From Squalus acanthias (lineage: Eukaryota), in NCBI GenBank assembly GCA_030390025.1, contig CM059432.1, positions 39,062,001 to 39,126,000 of the forward strand: DNA of 64,000 nucleotides, written 5' to 3'. The notes under the pieces are model-generated. The model had not been told where the DNA came from. It did not search any database and worked only from the letters and a program-made list of their open reading frames with translations. Position 1 is the first letter of the stretch. Each line of letters begins with the position of its first letter. The translations under genes were made by a program, and so were the position numbers. Below, piece by piece: positions 11,244 through 23,248 of the stretch.

Positions 11244-13388
11244 GGCCATGAAACTGGAGCCTTTAGCGACGGCTGTTAAGGCTGCCTTGGAAGAAAAAAT
11301 AGCGGCTGTCTCGCTTCCGCCCGCTTCCGGCACCAAACATGGTGGCCACCACTTTGGGCATATTTAAATGGTCCAGCTTGTGACGTCAATCAGTGTGCAA
11401 TGCCTGAATTGATGCACGGTCTGTGATTTTAGATTTTGCCGCTTTTAATAACGCCCTCTCCAACCTTGCATGGAAGAACGTGTGTGCAGCAGTACAACAG
11501 TGCCGCTGCCAGCGCTTCTTAAAGGGACACACACAACTTTCAGGTAAGGTTAGGTTTCTTTACATTTTATTGGAGTAGTGGCCTTGGTGCAATACATTTA
11601 AAAAGTTGTTAAAGTGTGCAGGGAGTGCTGCTGGACGCTTGCAAGGCTTTGGCTCTTAAAGGAAGGCTTCTGCGAACACCACTTGCTTCCAGTCCTGCGG
11701 GCTCTAGTTGCAGTCCCCCTTGGGCTGCAGCATCACATGGAGATGGAGCAGAGGCAGCAAAGGGGACAAGCTGCTCACAGAGGAAGGAGGAAGCAGAAGA
11801 GGAAGAAGTCGCAGAGGAGGAAGCTGAAGAGGAGGAAGCTGAAGAGGAGGAAACGGAAGAGGAGGAAGCGGAAGGAAGGAGGCAACCGAGACAGCCCCTT
11901 TCTGGCAGGAATATCCATGATTGAATCATTTGCCTGCAGTACCACTGAACGCAACCCCAATTCCCCTTTCAACATTAGTCCCACACATTACCTTCCCTCT
12001 GTTACTGATCATCACAGCGTAATCTTGGCCACAATGCTGAAATAAAAGCCACCACAAACCAAACTTTCCAATCCAACTTTATCCATATATGCATCCAATA
12101 TTACATCAAAAAATCGACTCATCACCCTTGTGCATTGCCTTAGTGAGTGTCTTGTGTGTGCCTTTGCATATACTAGTGCTGTTACGCAGTGCCACCCCAG
12201 TGACTGCAACATGGCTGGTGGAAGGCTGCTAACTTTCAGTGGGGGACACTGCAGATGGCCTTGCAGGATGACCTCGAGGCACTGGTAGCTGAGAGAGTGA
12301 AATCGAGTGACAGTGTTTCTTCTTCTTCTTCACTCAGCTCTCCCTCGTCTTGGTCAATCTCTGGCTGGCAAGGCTGAACTTCTTGGGTGTCTGAAATAAG
12401 GAAGGCACAAGGGTAGGGTTGTCGTGAGGGGCGGGGGGAAAGCAAGAGGTGCACGCTTACACCATGTGCAGCTTGTAAATCCGAAGAGATTGTGGGATGA
12501 GAGGGAAGTGGGATGTGATAAGGGGGATAACATATGGGGATACCAGCATCTTGTATCCTTTCATCCCCGCCGCTGGCCAAGGGCTCAGCCATACCCCTGC
12601 CAAGAATGACCAGCACCATCTCCTTCATGGGGATGAGGTGAAGCTAGGAATGTGAGGTGTGCCTCGTGTTTGGTAGAGATTGTTGGTAGGTGAGTGTGGG
12701 GTGTGGAGGTCGTGCATTGAGCAGTGTTTGAGGCTAGTGATGCAGTTGGTAGTAGACGGCTTTTGAAGATGCATTCACTGACCTTGACCACTCGTCTGAT
12801 GTCATGAAACTTTTTTGGGCACTGGACCCAAGTCCTGGGTTAGACACTGCTGACAGTGACCACCTCTGGTCCCACATCCTTCTTTTTGGAGGACTTCCTG
12901 GCCCCCTGTGGGCAGAGGACCTTTCTTCCAGTTTGACCCCCTGCACAAAGCTCGAGTGCTGCGTCTGAGACCCTGGGTGCCCTTTCCATGGCCTGTTGAG
13001 CCATTTGTGTTGGTGCTGAAACCCTTTTAGCATTTTTGATCAGCAGAAGGCAGCTCACCTTTAAGAGGTGCAGACTGCCGAGCGCTGAAGGAATTTTAAA
13101 TGTTTTTATCTGCAGAAGGCAGCTTAGCTGTATGAGCTGCAGACTGCCTTGAAGAGGAGCAAGCTAGCTTTAAGTAAAGCTAGCCTCGCTCCAGCGACGC
13201 AAACTTCTGCTCCCTGCTGAGCGTGTAGCCTGTCAGCAGCGCATTCCGCGCTAGGCTGTGCGTTACAATCATGGTAATTAGCAGGCAGCATGAAATTGAT
13301 GTGCTGCCTGTGCTTTTAAAATGGGTGCGGGCATATCTTGCATTGCGGTGCCCGCACCCGTGCTCCATCATTATCGAATTTCACCCCC
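11244..13388. mobile_element. Harbinger deletion derivative (transposase N-terminus fused to its acidic C-terminus on +, decayed Myb exons on -)
   Basis: Imperfect TIRs GGCCATGAAACTG / GAATTTCACCCCC with TSD ATT both sides. ALVAVPLGLQH and MAQQAMERAPRVSDAALE remnants. Collinear with 45808-50145. Confidence 0.85.
11780..11880 (+). repeat. (GAR)n-rich low-complexity tract with 15-bp periodicity encoding the acidic transposase tail
   Basis: GAAGAGGAGGAAGCT-like units. A comparable tract lies at 48138-48236. Confidence 0.85.
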
Positions 13389-13641
13389 ATTTTGTTTATT
13401 TCTTTTTTTTTTACCTCGCTTTATGGATGAGTGTGCTATTAAACTGATCATTTTGACTACTGATCATTTAAGTCAGTGTGATTTGCAATTTTCGTTCCTT
13501 GAAAATAATATAGTGTATGTTTAGAGGAAACAAACGTTATTTAGGCTAAGACTTGCAGATACTGCCCTCTCGTGCTGCTATTGTTTTCCATGAGAGAGCA
13601 CAAAGCACTTAGGGATATGCTAAAGCAGGAATTACCTGTTG

Positions 13642-14072
13642 AAAAGAAAGACTTACATTTATATAGCACCGGACGTCTCAAAGTGCTTTACAGCCAATGA
13701 AGTACTTTTGGAGTGTAGTCACTGTTGTAATGTGGGAAACGCGGCAGCCAATTTGCGCACAGCAAGCTCCCACAAACAGCAATGTGATAATGATCAGATA
13801 ATCTGTTGATCGAGGGATAAATATTGGCCAGGACACTGGGGATAACTCCCCTACTCTTCTTCAAAATAGTGCCATGGGATCTTGTACGTCCACCTGAGAG
13901 AGTAGACGGGGCCCTCAGTTTAATGTCTCATCTGAAAGACGGCACCTCTGACAGTGCAGCACTCCGTCAGCACTGCACTGGAGTGTCAGCCTAGATTTTT
14001 GTGCTCAAGTCCTGGAGTGGGACTTGAACCCACAACCTTCTGACTCAGAGGTGAGAGTGCTACCCACTGACA
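13642..14072 (-). mobile_element. tRNA-derived Deu-domain SINE (SacSINE1-like)
   Basis: Minus strand has CAGTGGGTAGCACTC...GGTTCAAGTCC, body TGACACTCCAGTGCAGTGCTGA, and L2-type tail GCTATATAAATGTAAGTCTTTCTTT. Homologous copy at 31125-31590. Confidence 0.8.
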
Positions 14073-14396
14073 CGTGGTGGTGTAAAATATCATGACCATT
14101 TGAATGAACATTCTTTTTATGAAAATGTAATGCAATCAGAAATCATTTAAAATGCTTCACAATTTTTAGCATTGTACATTTTCTTTGTCTGCACTGCCAT
14201 TAAAGTTAATTAAGCAAATGTGTAGTACATCCAGGAATGTAATATCTTATATAGGCCAAGGACTTCCTGAAAACTTGTAATGATGCTGGAATTTAACAGT
14301 GGTTTAGGTAGTGGTTGACATTCAGATTCACTAACAAGGTATTTTCAAATCTTCATTAGATCAAGATGAGATCAATATCAAGCACTGTAATATTCA

Positions 14397-14741
14397 GGCT
14401 GGGACACACAATGGACGTATTTTTGCTAACTTTTTTTGCATGGCTATTTCTGCCCCATATTAGCATTAGCATAAATTATCTAATCTGAGCAAGCTCCTGC
14501 CTGTTGATGGGAGGAGTGCTCATACAGCAGACAGCAATTTAATTGGCTGCTGCAGGCATTTAAATGGCTGATTCCTCACCTGTGGACCAAGGGAAGGAGT
14601 TTCTGTTGCTACATTCCCGGAGACTGGAGGGTTCTCGGCCAGGCACACACAGATTCACAGATGCCGTGCTTGAAGTCAAGCTGCAGGAAGCAAGGTAAAG
14701 GAGGGCTGCCCTTTTTGGCTCTCAGTTGCAATCTCCCCAGA
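14397..14741 (+). repeat. Degraded Harbinger end/Myb N-terminus fragment, duplicated at 30646-30990
   Basis: Near-identical ~345-bp direct copies. Reads RFTDAVLEV like Myb exon 1. Confidence 0.75.
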
Positions 14742-15476
14742 TATTCATTGGCCACTTATATGCCCATTGTGCATGTTTAATAACATCTTCTTGTATTTTG
14801 TTGCAGTCTTTCTCTGTCTTAACTATACACCCCAATTTGGTGTCATCTGCAAATTTTGAAGTTGTACTTTTGATTCTCGAGTCCAAATCATTTATGTAAA
14901 TGAACTACAGTGGTACAAGCAACGGTCCCTGTGGAAAACCACTTCCCACCTTCTGCCAGTCTGAGTAACTACATTTAACCTCTCCTCTCTATTTTCTGTT
15001 TTGTAGCCAGTTTGCTATCCATTCTGCTACTTGCACCCTGACTCCACATTCTCTGACTTTAGTCATGAGTCTACTATGCGGTACCTTATTGAAGGCCTTT
15101 CAAAAATCCAAGGGGGAAAAATTCAGTATCGCCCCGTTTGGGGCGCGATTATCGGTCGTGCGCAAAGTTTAGCGCCTGGCGCTAATTATCGCCTTCAACT
15201 GCAAACTTGGCTTTTATCGCCCCCGGAGTTGATTGGAGCGCTAAATCAGGCGCTACACATCTCTCTTAAGGCGCAAAGGCCGTGGTGCGAAACGCTAACT
15301 CAGGTGCAGCGCGGGTGCAGCACAGGTGCTGTCGGTTAGCGATGGAACACAGACACACTGGCGCCGGCCAGTTCTTGAAGGGGAGGGTCGATCTTGCTCT
15401 CCAGCCACACCCTGCTCATTGGAGCCTTGAATCTCGGCCTGGAGAGACCTGTGCCTAAATCTTGCAGCCAAGGACT

Positions 15477-17199
15477 ATGGAGAGGGCCAGGGAGCGAGCA
15501 CAGCGCTTCAGCGAGCGGGCCTTGGAAGCTCTGGTTGATGCGGTGGAGCGCAGAAGATCAATACTGTACCCAGAGAGTGGCAGGAGGCCTTTGCCGTGCG
15601 ATTATAGAAGAGTGTGGAGGGAGGTGGCACAGAGCGTCTCCTCCAGAAGCATGGTGCCCAGGACCCATATACAATGTAGAAAGAAGTTCAACGACCTCAC
15701 TCGGGTCGTCAGGGTGAGTGGCTTTTTTTCAATACCTCTCCATCCCTCCATCTCAACCTCACTCTATGGCCAGAGGGTCTTAAAACCCCAATGCCCAACA
15801 CTCATCAACACCTATGGCCCTCTCATGAAACACACACGCACATTCCACACTTTGCATACAGTAAGGGCTATTCATCTATGGGAGGCACATCAGGCAAGAC
15901 CATGGCTGTATATTTATTCAGACGCCGTCCTTTTTCTTGCAGGCCAAGCTATCTCATAATAGGAGACAGCAGCAATGGACGGGTGGAGGGCGGCCTCAGC
16001 TGCAACCCCTCAGCGATCTTGAGGAGCGCGTCCAGAGGATTGTGGCAAGCCGGGTGATCGGTCCCGTTGCCACTGGAGAGGCTGACCCCGTTCTGGACAG
16101 CAATGGTAAGGTCATCACCTTTTTGTCCTCTCTCCTTCCACTTGTCCCTCACAACACCAGCCTTTGACACTTTCAATCCAACTTACTAAATCGCTGCACT
16201 CATTCCTCCCTTACTGCCACCCTGTCCTCACGCTAAAGCCACTCTTGTACCTCCCTGCTTTCAGATGGTAATTCACCAGCTGAGGAGACGGGCCCTCAAG
16301 CTGCCAGTGGGAGTGAAGCTGCAGGCGAAGAGGAAGATGAAGCTGGAGCATCAGCACCACCCTCTCCCAAGGATACCCATGCCCACACTGGGAACACGCC
16401 TTCCCTGGAAGGGAGCAGGGGGGAAGGGTCTGATGAGGGTGAAGCTCCAGGTACCAGCGGGCTGCAGCAACGCGTTGGGGGTAGGGAAGCTCGGGGGCCT
16501 TCTCCCCGGAGGGAGAGTATGCCAGTGAGTCCTACTGCACTGGACGCAGAGGAGGAGCGGCTGATCGCTGAAATGAACACCCAGGCGGTGGACATGCACA
16601 CTGAGCTCATGGGTGCAGTGGGAAGGGTGCCCGAATGCATTGAATCACTGGCAAGGAGTGTGGAGCACTTCGCTGTAGCACAGGCGGATGCCACGCAAAT
16701 GTTTAGTACTGTAATTCATTCACTGGCTGCCATGACCCCATCTCTGACTGCTCTCATGCAGACTCAGATTGAGGCCACGCGAGCACTGACTGCTGCCATC
16801 CTCGCTGGTTCAGACACATTTCCCCGGGGCTCTCACCGCGCCACAGCAGGCCAGCAATCTGTGCTCCAGCAGATTGCTCCGGATGCTGAAGTGCTGCTCC
16901 GTGGGAGTGCCAGTGTGTCGGTCGAGCAGGGAGTTGCTGTCCTCTCTCAAGATGACAGCATTCCTGCTGCCACCACTGTCACTTCTCCACTGCACTTGCC
17001 ACTGCCTGTAGGACAGACTGCTGCCGCCCATGCAGAGTTGGTGCAGTCTGCAGCCGGGCCCTCCAGGCCCAGAGCTGGTCGAGGCCGTCCTTCAAGGGCA
17101 TCTGCAGTCTCAGGTTCTGACAATCAGCAGCCTTCCAGCAGCCTTGCTGCAGCCACTGGGGTCCCATTATGGAGGAGCAGTAGGGTGGGAAGGGGGTAA
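15477..17199 (+). CDS. Harbinger Myb/SANT-like DNA-binding protein, 3 exons join(15477-15713,15943-16105,16265-17199), 444 aa
   Basis: RAQRFSERALEALV...W...QCRKKFNDL trihelix motif. Donors AGG|GTGAGT and ATG|GTAAGG, acceptors TTTTTCTTGCAG| and CTTTCAG|. Phases 0 and 1 give a stop-free 1335-nt frame that runs into ORF 16519-17199. Confidence 0.85.
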
Positions 17200-17268
17200 G
17201 TGCGCAAGGGAAGGAGATCACCCTCGAAGGGCAAAAAGTAGGAGGTGTGACAAAATGTTGGTCATTTT

Positions 17269-17277
17269 TTTATTAAA
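17269..17277. terminator. Overlapping bidirectional polyadenylation signal between the convergent genes
   Basis: TTTATTAAA reads AATAAA on minus and ATTAAA on plus. A further AATAAA on plus at 17419-17424. Confidence 0.45.
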
Positions 17278-17552
17278 GGCCGAGGTTCGTGGTCAAACTT
17301 TTGTTTAGTGTTTTGGACATTATCTCCAGGTTGTGAGAACCAGTTAGGTTAATGACTGTTTTTTTGTGTTTCTTTCTATTAGTTTGTCAGGAGGAAATGA
17401 CACACACAGAGTTTGTAAAATAAATAAGTTTTTGTATTCAAAATGTACATGTTTGGTCTTTGGAATCATTGCTGCCTTGGCCGGCTTAGGGGTTGTGGGT
17501 TGGTTTCATTCATGTTGTTCTCAATGGCAGAAGCCATTTCCTCAGCAGGGGC

Positions 17553-18701
17553 CTAGAAGCGGCTTGCTATCAGCCGTTGACGGACGGCCCTTCCAGTTTC
17601 TACATTGTGGGCCTCCCTCCCACCTTGGTGCTGCTGATGATCATCCTCCTCCTCTTCCTCCTCCTCCTCTGGTGGTGCTCCAAGGCCTGGTGGCATTGGC
17701 TGGGTCCTGAGGATTGCCAGGTTATGCAGCATGCAGCACACAACAACGAAGAGGGAGACTCGCTCAGGCGAGTACTGCAGGGCTCCTCCAGAATGGTCCA
17801 GACAGCGGAACCGTTGCTTGAGCATGCCGATTGTGTGCTCAACGATGTTCCTGGTAGCTAGATGGCTCTCGTTGTACCACAGCTCAGCAGGGGTGTTGGG
17901 CATACGGAGCGGTGTCATCAGCCAGGTGCACAGTGGATATCCCTTGTCCCCGAGAAGCCAACCACCTGGGTGATGCGGTGCCTGGAAAAGTTCTGCCACA
18001 GTAGTCTGGCGCAGAATGTATGCATTGTGGCTGCTGCCATGATAGCAGGCATTGACAGCGAGTATCATCTGTCTGTGGTCACAGACCAACTGCACATTTA
18101 AGGAATGGAACCCCTTTCGGTTGCGGAAATCCTCTGCATTCTCATGTGGAGCACGCAAAGCCACATGCGTGCAGTCAATGGCGCCCTGCACCATGGAGAA
18201 GCCCGCTATCCTCGCAAAGCCCATAGGGCGTTCATGCTGCTTGGCCGGGGTCATGGAGAAAGAGATGTACTCTCGTCTCCTTTTATAGAAGGCATTTGTG
18301 ACCTGACGGATGCAGCAATGGACCGCGAACTGGGAGATATTGGCAATGTCTCCAGTAGCTGATTGAAATGAGCCCGTGGCATAAAAGTTGAGAGCCACTG
18401 TTATCTTCACTGCCACCGACAGAGACGTCCTGGACCTCAGTTGAGGCTGCAGATCTGGCTGCAGCAGGTGGCAGAGCTCAGTGACCACCTCCTTGCTGAA
18501 GCGCAGCCTTCGCAAACACTGCTCCTCAGACATATTAATGTATGAGAATTGTTGGCGAAATACCCTGGGAGGGTAAGGTCTCCTGTACAGAGGCCTGTTG
18601 GCCCTCCTCCGTCTGGCCATGATTGCCACTCTCTCTCTGCGTCTCTGTGGCCTCTGATTCTGCTGGTGCAGGACGACGCCCCCAATTAGTGCAGCCCCCA
18701 T
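17553..18701 (-). CDS. Harbinger DDE transposase (HARBI1-like nuclease), ~382 aa from the likely ATG at 18701
   Basis: Open frame with ALNFYATG, GAIDCTH, NRKGFHSLNVQLVCD, LLGDKGY, RNIVEHTIGMLKQRFR, LHN and an acidic tail. The start matches MGAL of the copy at 46313. Confidence 0.93.
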   Translation of the reverse strand: MGAALIGGVVLHQQNQRPQRRRERVAIMARRRRANRPLYRRPYPPRVFRQQFSYINMSEEQCLRRLRFSKEVVTELCHLLQPDLQPQLRSRTSLSVAVKITVALNFYATGSFQSATGDIANISQFAVHCCIRQVTNAFYKRRREYISFSMTPAKQHERPMGFARIAGFSMVQGAIDCTHVALRAPHENAEDFRNRKGFHSLNVQLVCDHRQMILAVNACYHGSSHNAYILRQTTVAELFQAPHHPGGWLLGDKGYPLCTWLMTPLRMPNTPAELWYNESHLATRNIVEHTIGMLKQRFRCLDHSGGALQYSPERVSLFVVVCCMLHNLAILRTQPMPPGLGAPPEEEEEEEEDDHQQHQGGREAHNVETGRAVRQRLIASRF

Positions 18702-19501
18702 ACTCTCTTGGCAATCAAAGTAATGAAGGTCAAAAACCAAAGTACCTGCAAATTTATGCTCAGTAGCCAAAACTACTTCACACAGCGTTGACTCAATGCA
18801 GAAGTCTCTCTTTCTCTCTCTCCAAATCTCTCTCTCTCTCTCTCTCAGAACGAGTGGTGCAAAAATGTCTACCACAGAAAAAGCCAGGAAGGGGCCCCCT
18901 TTAAATAGCGCACCCCCCACCCCACAGCGACTGGGAAGCGTTCCAGTCTACCTGTCGTTGGTTGCGCCAGGCAGAAAGGATGGGGGCGCCACTCAATTTC
19001 CATTCTGGGGCGCCCCAAGGGTGTTGCATGCTTGAATGAAGTCAAGATCTGCGTGCACAGGAGATCGGGGCAGTATTGTTTAGCGCCGCCGCAAAATGTC
19101 CGGTCAATTTCGCGAGAGGCGCAGATATTGCTGCGTCCGGGCGCTAGTTGCTTGGCGCCCTCTTAAGGCGCTAACGGGAGGCGCAAACCAACTGAATTTT
19201 TCCCCCAAGTATATTCATCTACTACATTACCTTTATCTGCTCTTTCTGTTACTACTTCAAAGTAGTCAATAAGCATTACCCTTCCTTTTGAAATCCATGT
19301 TGACTATTTATAATATTTTTGGTTTCTAGATGTTTTTCTATTACATCTTCAGGAGAGCAAGGGAGAACATTGGAAAAAAACTATGCTGAAAGGTTTTGCA
19401 ATGCAACATACACACCCCAAAGTAAATAAAATAGTCTAATTGAAGAACTAACAAGAATGAGTAATTTGTTATATTTGTGAAAACAAGCTACAAGTATTAG
19501 G

Positions 19502-21606
19502 AACATAGGAATAGGAGTAGGCCATTCAGCCGCTTGAGTCTGCGCAGCCATTCAATTAGATCATGGCTGATCCATACATTAGCTCCATTTACCTGCATTT
19601 GATCCATATCCCTTGATACCTAACAAAAGTCCATCGATCTCAGTCTTGAAAATTTCAATTAACCCAGCATCTACAGCCACTTAGGGGAGCAAGTTCCAGA
19701 TTTCCACTACAGTTTGTGAGAAAAAGTGCTTCCTGATTTCAGTCCTAAATTGCTTAGCTCTAATTTCAAGATGATGCCCTCTTGTTCTGGATTCCCCCAC
19801 CAGAGGAAATAACTTCTCTGGCCAGAATTTTCCGGGGGGTCAGCGGATGGGATTGGTGGCGGGTCGATTGGGAAATTTGAAATTTTTGACAGCAGGTCGG
19901 GACCCCGCCTTGAACCCACCGCCACGCGCCTTTCCCAATGTCAGGTCTGTCAGCGCTGAGCAGATCTGACATGTAGCGGCGGGGGACCCAATTCAGGTAA
20001 TTATTGGATTGTTTCAAGCCACTTAAAAATCATTTTCAGCTCACCTTTTGCATTTGACAGCTCAACCACGGGGTCCACGCTGGTCGTGGACCACGTCTGT
20101 CAAGCTGAGGCGGGAGTTCAGTGGCCATTGAATCAGCTGTTGAGTTGACAACTTCAAATGTAAAGTAAAAGCTCCCACCTTACAGAGATATCTTCCCTCA
20201 GCCACAAGCTGTTCTTCACAGCATTTCCACAACAGATTCACCATGCTGCAAGTCTTTACACAAGTCTCCATCCAATCTGACCTCATTACCTCCCTCACCG
20301 TTGACAGATCGCTTCTGTCATCTCTACTTCACCTGCCATCTATTCCATTAGCATGAGTGCCCTTTATACTCACTCACCTTGGTCCTCAGAATTGGACCAC
20401 GATGAGCCCCAACACCAGCAGCACCAGGCACACCAGCAGCACCAACAACAACCTTCTCTGCAATCAACTGATACTGCACAGGACAGAGGGCATCAGCACC
20501 CGACCACATTGCTGCCCGGGACGCCAGGGGTGGCCTCATCATGGCCAGATTTACTTCACTTGATGCTGTACACCCTGGCTGCCACATGATGTGCCAGGTT
20601 GACACCACCCCACACCAACACCATAAAGCCTCCCTACAATGCCCAAGCCATTCCTTTCACACTCATCACCATTGCGGGGGGTGCTGTTATGTCTCTCCAT
20701 TCACTGCAACTCACTAAGCCACTTCCAAAGGTGCACACAAATCTGTCTAAGAATGCAAAGTGTTGAAAATAAAGGTTTCAATGTTTGACACCACATTAAC
20801 AGAAACTGTACATGAACACTGGATAAAACACCCAAGTGGCTACCCTTGTGTGTTGTTAGTTGGTATGATTGCACTGGGATGAGGGTGAGTGTGAGGAGTG
20901 GCTAGTGAGATGGGGATGTGATAATATAGATAGAGAGGGATGGATGGAGGTGTAAGGTAAGTTGGTGTGAGTAAGGATGTGTAGGAGTAGGGTAGGGAAG
21001 GCAAAGTGATGGGGATGTGATGAGAGGCACCGCAGGATGAGGTTGAGTGTGGCTTTGTACTAACGTTTCGTGATCTACTGAGATCATTGAAACATTTGCA
21101 GCACTGCACCCAGGTCCTCCTGACCACATCCCTGCTTGTGCCCTCCTCTGCAATGTGCAACCAGGCTGTGTTGATCTCCTGGGGAGGTCTCTTCCACCCA
21201 TGGGAAGGGAAGAGGACCTCCCTGCATGCATATGGAGGGAGTCATGGGAGAGCCTGGGTGCAGCCCTGTGCCTTTGTGCAGTCATTGTCAGTGTTTGCAG
21301 CACCTCAATGCTGTGGAACACTGACAGCACAAACGTCAAAATAAAGTTGGCCATGGTCCCTTTAAGGAATCCGACTGCTGACGCGTTATCAAATGACGTC
21401 ACCAGACCCACTTCCTCTGATTGGCCGGGAAACGCGCTAAGCGTGCTTAACAAGCCCCATCAAGGGAAAATCACTTCACAGAGCGGGATAGAGCCAGCAG
21501 CGGAGTAGGGATCCGCCACCGACATAGCCCGCCTGGACCCGCCGAGGTAAGCAAAATCAAGGCCTCTGTATTTACCCTATCAAATCCCTTTATTATTTTA
21601 AATACA
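19502..21606 (-). mobile_element. CR1 3' fragment split by a Harbinger derivative (19502-19819 and 21568-21606)
   Basis: CR1 3'UTR AGGAGTAGGCCATTCAGCC and ORF2 C-terminal sequence continuing across the insertion. Confidence 0.8.
19820..21564. mobile_element. Non-autonomous Harbinger derivative with Myb exon-1 remnant on minus
   Basis: TIRs GGCCAGAATTTT / AAAATCAAGGCC, TSD TCT/TCT. AAPRLSHDSL and TWVQCCKCFNDL remnants at ~21060-21290. Confidence 0.85.
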
Positions 21607-22527
21607 AAAAATGCAACAAAACCTTATTGGGATATTTGACAAGGTCCTGTTGAGATGGTATTTATACAATAAATGGATCCCACAATTTTAACTCATGACA
21701 CAAGGTATGCCTAGAAATTCCACAAAGTGAGTTGCACTGCTTTTATGTAAATAGGAAATCAGTTGTGGCTGCAAATGAATGAGAAATGTATTTGCACCAG
21801 AATTTCGTGGGCCAACTCATTTTGCATATTCATTGGAATAGTGATTGATGTAAAACCTTTGTAAAATGGGAGCAATGTGCTGGGATGCATGGAAACCTAT
21901 AATGCAGCCTTTAAAAAAAAATGGCAGTGCAGCAGCAGGCTGGGGAACCTGGAGGTAAGTAAGGAACAGTCTTCGGCTCAGAGAGTTAATTGTTAACTTG
22001 ACTGGATGTCTTGTGACTGTTTTTGTGCCACTTTACAAGAATGTCTAACACAGGACAACCTAGTAGAGGCAGCTAAAGAAGCAACAAGGACACAAAACAA
22101 AGTCAGAGAAGAAGATGCCACAATTTCATCTTGTTTGACCGGCAATCATTGGTGAACCTTAGAACACAGGAGAGTGCTGGGTGTCCAAGGCAGCACACCT
22201 GCCAAAAAGGGGTCTCCTGTCATGTAGGGGAGGTGGCAGTGCAACTGAGTGCCAATCTCGTTTGCCCCAGGACTGCAGATCAATGCTAAAAAATGTCCAA
22301 TGATCTGATCAGGGAAGTTATGGTAACACATTGGCCACTTTTCCTTTTCTTCCTTGGACACCGTCTAAAAATAATAGCTGTACAATTAGATAGCATTAAT
22401 GATTTCACTAGAAATAGTGCACAGGGAAAATCCTCACCCTGCATTTATGATATCACTGTACGTAGTGACCACAGAAAGTCTTATCCTGTGAAATCATCCC
22501 TTTCTCACAAAAAGGTCATTTTTACAT

Positions 22528-23060
22528 GTACATAAGAACATAAGAATTAGGAGCAGGAGTAGGCCATATGGCCCCTCGAGTCTGATCCACTATTCAATAA
22601 GATCATGGCTGATCTTTGACCTCAACTCCACTTTCCTGCCCTATCCCCATATCCCTTGATTCCTCTGGAGTCCAAAAATCTATCTATCTCAGCCTTGAAT
22701 ATACTCAACGACTGAGCACCCACAGCACTTTGGGGCAGAGAATTCCCCAAAGATTCATAACCCTCTGAGTGAAGAAATTCCTCTTCATCACTGTCTTAAA
22801 AGGCTGGCCCCTTATCCTGAGACTATGCTCCCTAATTCTAGACTCTCCAGCCAGGAGAAACATCCTTTCAATCCCCCTCAGAATCTAATATGTTTCAATG
22901 AGATCACCTCTCAATCTTCTAAACTCCAGAGAGTATAGGCCCAATCTACTAAATCTCTCCTCATAGGACAACACTCTCATCCCAGGAATTAATCTAGTGA
23001 ACATTTGTTGCACCGCTTCTAAGGCAAGTAAATCCTTCCTCAGAAAAGGAGTTCAAAATT
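22528..23060 (-). mobile_element. CR1 3' fragment
   Basis: ACATAAGAACATAAGA tail and ORF2 C-terminal homology. Confidence 0.85.
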
Positions 23061-23248
23061 ATGCGCCGTTTATTCCAACTCTTTGCTCCCTGTCTGCCAA
23101 CCAGTTTTCTATCCAAGTCAGTACCTTACCCCCAATCCCAAGTGCTATCATAGAAACATAGAAACATAGAAGATAGGAGCAGGAGTAGGCCATTCAGCCC
23201 CTCGAGCCTGTTCCACCATTTAATGAGATAATGGCTGATCATCCAAAT

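Larger units (their letters stand above)
15112..19206. mobile_element. Full-length autonomous-type PIF/Harbinger transposon with convergent Myb and transposase genes
   Basis: Perfect 16-bp TIR GGGGGAAAAATTCAGT / ACTGAATTTTTCCCCC. Target CAAG partly duplicated (boundary ambiguous by 1 nt). Two open genes. Confidence 0.95.
14742..19330 (-). mobile_element. Old CR1 RT fragment split by the Harbinger (pieces 14742-15111 and ~19207-19330)
   Basis: Minus strand encodes LDFxKAFNKVPH and KFADDTKLG. Sequence rejoins as AAATCCAAGTATATT across the insertion. Confidence 0.85.

Noticed and set aside
11609..12045. Arg/Lys-, Glu- or Ser-rich ORFs
   Set aside because: Alternative frames of the (GAR)n acidic tail of a deleted transposase.
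15714..15959. C-terminal half of ORF 15462-15959
   Set aside because: Read-through into intron 1 after a consensus donor.
17553..18701. Host HARBI1 gene
   Set aside because: It lies within TIRs beside a Myb partner and inside a CR1, so it is a transposon copy rather than the domesticated gene.
18702..18920. 73-aa N-terminal extension of the transposase in the ORF track
   Set aside because: It runs through a TATA-like box and a (GA)n tract. The paralog starts at MGAL, so 18701 is the more likely start.
22411..22515. Exon-like open stretch on plus
   Set aside because: Weak donor (GTCATT), no recognisable protein and no partner exons.
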